Below, piece by piece: positions 45,910 through 52,221 of a stretch of 52,221 nt of DNA. Under the pieces are notes generated by a model. The model was not told where the DNA came from. It saw nothing but the letters and a program-made list of their open reading frames with translations, and did not search any database. The number at the start of each line of letters is the position of its first letter. Position 1 is the first letter of the stretch. The DNA is from an uncultured Clostridia bacterium (GTDB taxonomy: Bacteria; Bacillota; Clostridia; Christensenellales; Borkfalkiaceae), in assembly GCA_934271725.1 (NCBI GenBank), contig CAKQSC010000001.1:1-52221 (forward strand), read 5' to 3'. The position numbers and the translations under genes are program-made.

Positions 45910-45947
45910 AAAAACCCTCCCCCGATTTTAATCTATTCGGGAGAGGG
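45910..45947 (-). terminator. Terminator-like hairpin whose 3' arm contains the RBS of the downstream gene
   Basis: The minus strand reads CCCTCTCCCGA-(11 nt)-TCGGGGGAGGG-TTTTT-ATG. The 11-bp stem includes one G-U pair. Confidence 0.55.
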
Positions 45948-45965
45948 CGTATTTATTACTTTATA

Positions 45966-46886
45966 TTACTCTTTGTCTTTATCGTCCGCTTCGGGTTTGG
46001 TTTCTTCCGCGGGAGCGTTTTCGACGGGCGTTTCTTCCGTCGGCTTTTCTTCGGTAACGTTTTCTTCCGTCGCCTTGTCGTCCTTTTTGAAATGAGAGTG
46101 CTTTTCTTTTACGGGAGCGTTTGCTCTTTCCTGAGCCGCCTGCTCGAAAGACTGGTTGGGTTTAGCCGTCTGATAAACAGCCGCTTTATCGAACTTGGTA
46201 TAAGTTTTGTGTCCTTCCGTACCCGATTCGAGAACGAAAGTGTTTTCGTCGTGATTGATTTCGACTACGACACCGCATACTCCGCCGATAGTCTTTACCT
46301 TATCGCCGAGAGCAAGGTTGTCCGCAACGCTTTGAGCCTGACGCTGACGTTTCTTGTTGGATCTCGAAGAATATACGAAGATACCTACGATTAAAAGAGC
46401 CGCGACCGCAAGGAAAATCCATGTCGTATAGTTTGCCTTCGCTTTCGCTACGGTAACCGCAAGAGCGGTGGATTTCGCGCTTACCTGCGTCGTTCCCTTA
46501 TAAGCGGTTACGCTTAAAGCGTAGTCGCCGGCGGAAAGTTTGGAGGTGTTGACGGTAACGGTGCTACCGCTTACCGTTAATACGTCCGCCGTTTCGACGG
46601 CGTTACCACCCTTCGTAAGAGTAGCCCTGTAAATGTAATTTACGACGTCGCCGTCGTCGTTTACGTATTGACCGCTTACGGCGTTATCGCCTTTTTTAAG
46701 CGTTATGGTATAAGTCGCGCTTGCGCCTTTGGTTATAGTGTCCGAGCCCGATACGGTTACGGTATAAGCGTACGTGGCGGGGGGCGTAACGGATCCTTCG
46801 TCCGCGAAAGCGGATACCGCTCCGAGCGAGCAGATAACCGAAACGATTGCGATTATCAAAGCAAATAAAACAAACTTCTTTTTCAT
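45966..46886 (-). CDS. yajC: YajC-domain preprotein translocase subunit fused to an N-terminal secreted Ig-like domain and an acidic C-terminal tail
   Basis: Signal peptide (…GAVSAFA|DE), then about 130 aa of T/V/S-rich beta-type sequence, then a TM segment (WIFLAVAALLIVGIFVY). The YajC core follows (RSNKKRQRQAQSVADNLALGDKVKTIGGVCGVVVEI), then a K/E/T-rich tail. Confidence 0.7.
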   Translation of the reverse strand: MKKKFVLFALIIAIVSVICSLGAVSAFADEGSVTPPATYAYTVTVSGSDTITKGASATYTITLKKGDNAVSGQYVNDDGDVVNYIYRATLTKGGNAVETADVLTVSGSTVTVNTSKLSAGDYALSVTAYKGTTQVSAKSTALAVTVAKAKANYTTWIFLAVAALLIVGIFVYSSRSNKKRQRQAQSVADNLALGDKVKTIGGVCGVVVEINHDENTFVLESGTEGHKTYTKFDKAAVYQTAKPNQSFEQAAQERANAPVKEKHSHFKKDDKATEENVTEEKPTEETPVENAPAEETKPEADDKDKE

Positions 46887-46975
46887 TCAAAATCTCCTTA
46901 AAATGGTTTAGTTTTCTGTTTCAATTTCTATAATATATTAAAAAAAATGTTTTTGCAAGTGTTTTTTTCTCTTTT

Positions 46976-48112
<1,137 letters not shown>

Positions 48113-49135
48113 TTACAAAAACAAACACGCGTCTCCGAAAGAGAAAAATCTGTACTTTTCATTAACCGCCGTTTCGTATACTTTTAAAGTCTGTTCTCTG
48201 CCGATAAACGCCGACACGAGCATTACGAGCGTGCTTTTGGGCAAATGGAAATTCGTTATAAGCCCGTCTATGCATTTAAACTTGTACCCCGGATATATGA
48301 ATATGGAAGTATCACCGCTACACGCCTTTACTCTCCCCGTTTCGTCCGCAACGCTTTCGAGCGTTCTCACCGAGGTCGTGCCGACGGCTATGACTCTTCT
48401 TCCTTCCGCTTTCGCTCTGTTTATCTTTTCGGCGTTCTCTTCGTCTATTTTATAAAACTCCGTGTGCATCCGATGCTCGGTTATATCTTCCGCCTTGACC
48501 GGTCTGAAAGTTCCGAGTCCCACGTGCAGAAGAACGGTTGCGAATTCAACGCCCTTTCCTTTCAACTTTTCTATAAGTTCGGGCGTGAAATGAAGCCCCG
48601 CCGTGGGCGCCGCCGCCGAACCGTCTACTTTACAGTAAACCGTCTGATAACGGGAACCGTCTTTAAGTTTTTCGTGTATGTACGGGGGAAGAGGCATTTC
48701 GCCCACTCGCGCCAGAATATCTTCAAACACGCCGTCGTAAATAAACCTCACAACTCTTCCGCCGTCCGCATCGGTTACGTCGATTATCTCCGCTTTAAGT
48801 TCGTCGCTTATTTTCCATATCGCGCCTTTTTTGGCTTTTCTGCCCGGTTTTACAAGCGTTTCCCACTCGTTTATGCTACGACGCTTTAAAAGAAGTATCT
48901 CTACTTTTCCGCCGTGTTCCGTTTGCCCGTATATTCTTGCCGGCAAAACTTTCGTGTTGTTCACTACAAGCAAATCGCCCGGTTTCAATATATCGTAAAT
49001 ATCTCTGAAAATCTTATGGTCTATACTTTCCGTCTTTCTGTCGTATACGAGAAGCCTTGACGAATCTCTCGGTTCGACGGGCGTCTGCGCAATGAGTTCT
49101 TCGGGAAGATAATAATCGAAATCACTCGTTTTCAT
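48113..49135 (-). CDS. queA: S-adenosylmethionine:tRNA ribosyltransferase-isomerase
   Basis: [17 protein letters not shown] is the typical QueA N-terminus, so I prefer the ATG at 49135 over the TTG at 49153. The start overlaps the ruvB 3' end. Confidence 0.9.
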   Translation of the reverse strand: MKTSDFDYYLPEELIAQTPVEPRDSSRLLVYDRKTESIDHKIFRDIYDILKPGDLLVVNNTKVLPARIYGQTEHGGKVEILLLKRRSINEWETLVKPGRKAKKGAIWKISDELKAEIIDVTDADGGRVVRFIYDGVFEDILARVGEMPLPPYIHEKLKDGSRYQTVYCKVDGSAAAPTAGLHFTPELIEKLKGKGVEFATVLLHVGLGTFRPVKAEDITEHRMHTEFYKIDEENAEKINRAKAEGRRVIAVGTTSVRTLESVADETGRVKACSGDTSIFIYPGYKFKCIDGLITNFHLPKSTLVMLVSAFIGREQTLKVYETAVNEKYRFFSFGDACLFL

Positions 49136-50192
49136 CTGCGTCTTGTCCTTCAAAAAGTCCTAATTGATAAACCGCGTTGACGGGCGGTTTTTTGCCCATG
49201 TGTTCGTACCCTTTTTTAAGCACTATTCTGCCTCTCGGCGTTCTTGCGATAAACCCGAGTTGCATAAGATACGGCTCGTAAACCTCTTCTATCGTGCCGA
49301 CGTCTTCGCCCACCATCGCGGAAAGCGTTTCCAGTCCGCAAGGTCCGCCGTTATACTTGTCTATCATTGCCTCTAAAAGTCGCTTGTCCGTAGCGTCCAG
49401 CCCCAAAGGATCTATCTCTAACCTGTCGAGCGCGAGTTTGGTGTCGTCCAAAGTTATGCTTTCGTGGCGAAGCACCATAGAAAAATCTCTCACTCGTTTA
49501 AGAAGTCTGTTCGCTATTCTCGGCGTTCCTCTGCTTCTTCTCGCAATCTCGTAACTAGCCGTTTCGTCTATGGGAATACGAAGCACGTCCGCCGATTTTC
49601 TGACTATCAGCGACAACTCGTCGTAAGAATACGGTTCGAGCCGACATATTACGCCGAATCTGTCTCTTAACGGCGAAGCGAGCATACCCGCCCTTGTCGT
49701 CGCGCCGACGAGAGTGAACTTTTTTAAAGGTATCTGCACGGAAGTAGCCGAAGGTCCCTTTCCCAGAATTATATCGAGAGAATAATCTTCCATAGCGGGG
49801 TACAAAATCTCTTCTACCGTATGGTTGAGCCTGTGTATTTCGTCGATAAACAAAACGTCGCCGTCGTTGAGGTTGGTAAGTATCGCCGCAAGATCCGCCG
49901 CCGATTTTATGGCGGGACCGGAAGTTACTTTAAGCACGCCTCCCATTTCGTTGGCGATTATGTGCGCAAGCGTCGTTTTGCCGAGCCCCGGAGGACCGTA
50001 TAAAAGCACGTGGTCGAGCGTTTCGTTACGCAGTTTCGCCGACTGCATAAACACGTTAAGGTTGCTTTTAACCTTTTCCTGTCCGACGTAGTTTTCCATA
50101 TTTTTGGGCCGAAGCACGTTTTCGACTTCGCTGTCGTATAAGTTCTGCGTACTTACGACGAGTCTGTCCGTATCGTTTTCGTATCCGTTCAT
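49122..50192 (-). CDS. ruvB: Holliday junction branch migration helicase RuvB
   Basis: AAA+ Walker A motif [11 protein letters not shown], Walker B motif LFIDEIHRL, and the RuvB winged-helix C-terminus. Confidence 0.96.
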   Translation of the reverse strand: MNGYENDTDRLVVSTQNLYDSEVENVLRPKNMENYVGQEKVKSNLNVFMQSAKLRNETLDHVLLYGPPGLGKTTLAHIIANEMGGVLKVTSGPAIKSAADLAAILTNLNDGDVLFIDEIHRLNHTVEEILYPAMEDYSLDIILGKGPSATSVQIPLKKFTLVGATTRAGMLASPLRDRFGVICRLEPYSYDELSLIVRKSADVLRIPIDETASYEIARRSRGTPRIANRLLKRVRDFSMVLRHESITLDDTKLALDRLEIDPLGLDATDKRLLEAMIDKYNGGPCGLETLSAMVGEDVGTIEEVYEPYLMQLGFIARTPRGRIVLKKGYEHMGKKPPVNAVYQLGLFEGQDADENE

Positions 50193-50193
50193 A

Positions 50194-50784
50194 TTACGCT
50201 CCCCTTAAAGCGAACAATACTATTTCTTCCGTGGTTTTCGCGCCGTTCGCCATCGCTCTTTTTATGCGGTTTACGCTCTCCTGCCTCGAAAGCCCGTAGG
50301 TAACGAGAGCGGTTACTATATTTTCGTCTACCGCAAAATCGTCCCGCGGTTCCGAAACGGAAAGTTCCGATTCGGGAAGATCCGCGGAACTTACTTTTTC
50401 TTTCAGTTCGAGAATTATTCTTTCCGCCGTCTTTTTGCCGAGCCCTTTTATTTTGGAAAGCGTTTTAACGTCTTCGGAAGCGATTGCAACCGCCAGACTT
50501 TCAAGACTCATTCCCGACAAAACGGTTATGCCCATTTTGGGGCCCACGCCCGAAACGGAAACGAGTTTCAAAAACATATTCTTTTCGTGCGCGTTGTCGA
50601 ATCCGTAAAGGTACACGCCGTCTTCTCTCACCGCCGTATACGTATATATTCCACCGCTTTTTTCGCGGTTGAGTCTTGCATAGCACGAAGAGGAACAAAC
50701 CACTTCGTACCCCACTCCGCCGACGAGCAACAACACCGTGCCGTCCTTTGCGTCTATGACTTCGCCCTGTAAATATCCTATCAT
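50194..50784 (-). CDS. ruvA: Holliday junction DNA-binding protein RuvA
   Basis: Starts MIGYLQGEV.... HhH motifs are present ([12 protein letters not shown]; [12 protein letters not shown]). Confidence 0.93.
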   Translation of the reverse strand: MIGYLQGEVIDAKDGTVLLLVGGVGYEVVCSSSCYARLNREKSGGIYTYTAVREDGVYLYGFDNAHEKNMFLKLVSVSGVGPKMGITVLSGMSLESLAVAIASEDVKTLSKIKGLGKKTAERIILELKEKVSSADLPESELSVSEPRDDFAVDENIVTALVTYGLSRQESVNRIKRAMANGAKTTEEIVLFALRGA

Positions 50785-50793
50785 CTCTGCTCC

Positions 50794-51285
50794 TTAAACT
50801 TTAAACAATCCCGTGAGTCTGTTCGTTTGCGCGTGAGTTATGGCAACCGCGAGCGCGTCCGCCGCGTCGTCCGGTTTAGGTATGTCTTTAAGTCCCAAAA
50901 ACCGTCTTACCATTTCCTGAATCTGCCGTTTGTCCGCTCTTCCGTATCCCGTCAACGCCTGTTTTATCTGCAAAGGCGTGTACTCGAAAATCATACCGCA
51001 TTCTTTAACGGCGGTAAGCAGAATAACTCCTCTCGCGTGCGCCACGTTTATGCCCGTGGTTACGTTTTTTGCGAAAAACAGTTCTTCTATCGCAATCTCG
51101 TTCGGTTTGAACTTGTCTATGATTTTTTTTACGCCCTCTTCGAGCATACAAAGCCTTGTGGGAAGATTTTCTTCTTTGGGCGTTAAAACGACGCCGTAAT
51201 CTATGACTTTTACTCTTCCTTTATCGCTTTCTATAACCCCGTAGCCGAGAGTTGCCAGTCCCGGATCGAACCCGACGATTATCAA
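50794..51285 (-). CDS. ruvC: Crossover junction endodeoxyribonuclease RuvC
   Basis: TTG start. Contains IIVGFDPGLATLGYGVI (catalytic Asp) and DAADALAVAITH. Confidence 0.9.
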   Translation of the reverse strand: MIIVGFDPGLATLGYGVIESDKGRVKVIDYGVVLTPKEENLPTRLCMLEEGVKKIIDKFKPNEIAIEELFFAKNVTTGINVAHARGVILLTAVKECGMIFEYTPLQIKQALTGYGRADKRQIQEMVRRFLGLKDIPKPDDAADALAVAITHAQTNRLTGLFKV

Positions 51286-51438
51286 CCGAATACGCCCCCT
51301 AGTTTAATATAGATACATTATATTGTATTTTGAAAATATTTGTCAAGTTTTTGGCGTTTTTTTAAGTTTTTCAAGCAAACTTTAAGTTTCGGGTTGTAAA
51401 ATGAAGAAAAAACAACGAAAGAACGCAAAGGAGCGTAT

Positions 51439-52221
51439 ATGAAAAAAAACTTTTTAAAGACTTTTATTTCATGTTTCCTTGTTTTAGCCGTTTGTTTTTC
51501 GCTTTCCGCTTGCACCGTAAGCGGTACGGTCAATAAAAACTCCTACGAGAACGCGACTTTTTACGTTAACGACGACGGACACCTCATAATGGAGCGGGAC
51601 GGCAAAACGACCGACCTCGGACTCGTCCGCGGACAGGACGGCAAAGACGGCTCTGCCGTAGAAAAGGGCGACAAAGGCGACAAGGGAGATTCGGGCGACG
51701 TCGCAATCGAGTCGGCAAGCAGAAACGGACTTCTTTCCGTAGTCAGTATTCTTTGTACTTACGAATATTCCTACACCAACCGTTTCGGCGGAAAAACTTA
51801 TACTTACGAGGGAAATCAGGAAGGCGCGGGCGTTATCTACAAAGACGACAAGAAAAAGGGCGAAGCCTATATCATAACCAACTATCACGTCGTTTACGAA
51901 AGCACTTACAACAAAAGCATCGTAGACAATATATACGTCTACCTCTACGGTGGCGAAACGATGCTTTATTACGATACTCAACAGTCCTTTACCACTCAGG
52001 CGAATTCGGACGAGAAAGCGATAAAAGCGGAGTTTATCGGGGGAACGCAGACCTACGATATAGCCGTTCTTAAAATAAGCGACTCTTCCGTTTATAAAAA
52101 CAGCGTCGCAAAACCCGTATCGGTAAGAAACAGCGACGAACTTCGCGCGGGCGAGCCGGCGGTAGTTATCGGCAACCCCGAAAACGAAGGCATTTCCGTT
52201 ACGACAGGCGTCGTTTCGAGA
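51439..52221 (+). CDS. Trypsin-like (S1/HtrA-type) serine protease lipoprotein, 3'-truncated by the window edge
   Basis: This ORF is not in the supplied track because it has no stop codon within the window. I translated it by hand: ATG at 51439, 5 nt after AAAGGAG, then 261 codons with no stop. It starts MKKNFLKTFISCFLVLAVCFSLSAC (lipobox). Catalytic His context ITNYHVV and Asp context YDIAVLKI are present. The catalytic Ser would lie beyond 52221. Confidence 0.75.
   Translation, partial: MKKNFLKTFISCFLVLAVCFSLSACTVSGTVNKNSYENATFYVNDDGHLIMERDGKTTDLGLVRGQDGKDGSAVEKGDKGDKGDSGDVAIESASRNGLLSVVSILCTYEYSYTNRFGGKTYTYEGNQEGAGVIYKDDKKKGEAYIITNYHVVYESTYNKSIVDNIYVYLYGGETMLYYDTQQSFTTQANSDEKAIKAEFIGGTQTYDIAVLKISDSSVYKNSVAKPVSVRNSDELRAGEPAVVIGNPENEGISVTTGVVSR

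Noticed and set aside
51442-51449. A8 run immediately after the protease start codon (and a similar A7 run at the start of the 82..1032 gene) as possible phase-variation tracts
   Set aside because: These are Lys codons of ordinary signal-peptide n-regions (MKKN..., MKKR...), which are common in AT-leaning Firmicutes. Without read evidence there is no reason to invoke slippage. This contrasts with the G10 tract in a promoter spacer.
51484-51981. 165-aa minus-strand ORF in the track at the right end of the window
   Set aside because: It is the antisense shadow of the plus-strand serine-protease ORF (51439 onward). That ORF has a good RBS, a lipoprotein signal and recognisable catalytic His and Asp contexts. 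The minus-strand ORF has none of these.

Overview
This 52.2-kb window is a chromosomal segment that looks like a spore-forming Firmicute of the Clostridia type. The evidence is spoIVA, PolC-type domains, strong AGGAGG-type ribosome-binding sites, and Bacillus/Clostridium-like operon synteny. I call 47 protein-coding genes. Forty-six lie on the minus strand and are tightly packed, often with ATGA or TAATG overlaps. One plus-strand gene is truncated at the right edge, starts at 51439, and is missing from the supplied ORF track.

Gene order along the minus strand, from high to low coordinates:
- ruvC-ruvA-ruvB-queA-tgt
- an extended yajC, a small membrane protein, secD-secF
- recJ-relA, an MBL hydrolase, a hemZ-like gene
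- rpsO-pnp
- an inserted module: a pilin-like gene plus a beta-helix lipoprotein gene
- a ylxY-like deacetylase, an M16 peptidase, ispG
- a PolC-like OB+exonuclease gene that lacks a polymerase domain
- rimP-nusA-ylxR-ylxQ-infB-rbfA-nrnA-truB-ribF
- an Nfo-like TIM-barrel gene, pepP-efp, an SDR
- a solitary mazF
- pncB, a coiled-coil protein, lspA-rluD-der-plsY-spoIVA
- an EF-G paralogue and pfkB
- two accessory secreted proteins

I found no rRNA, tRNA, CRISPR array, IS element or prophage.

The most unusual points:
1. An uninterrupted G10 tract forms the -35/-10 spacer of a near-consensus promoter. That promoter drives a terminator-insulated bicistron (a 573-aa prepilin-signal protein plus a GLUG-like lipoprotein) inserted into the conserved rpsO-pnp-ylxY-mlpA block.
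2. A 514-aa 'mini-PolC' (PolC N-terminal region + OB fold + intact DEDDh exonuclease, no PHP or polymerase) sits exactly at the syntenic polC position.
3. An apparently active MazF toxin has its own leader and terminator but no antitoxin ORF.
4. An EF-G paralogue has substituted catalytic GTPase motifs.
5. YajC is fused to a secreted Ig-like N-terminal domain.

All functional calls rest on motif and synteny recognition by eye. No database search was run.
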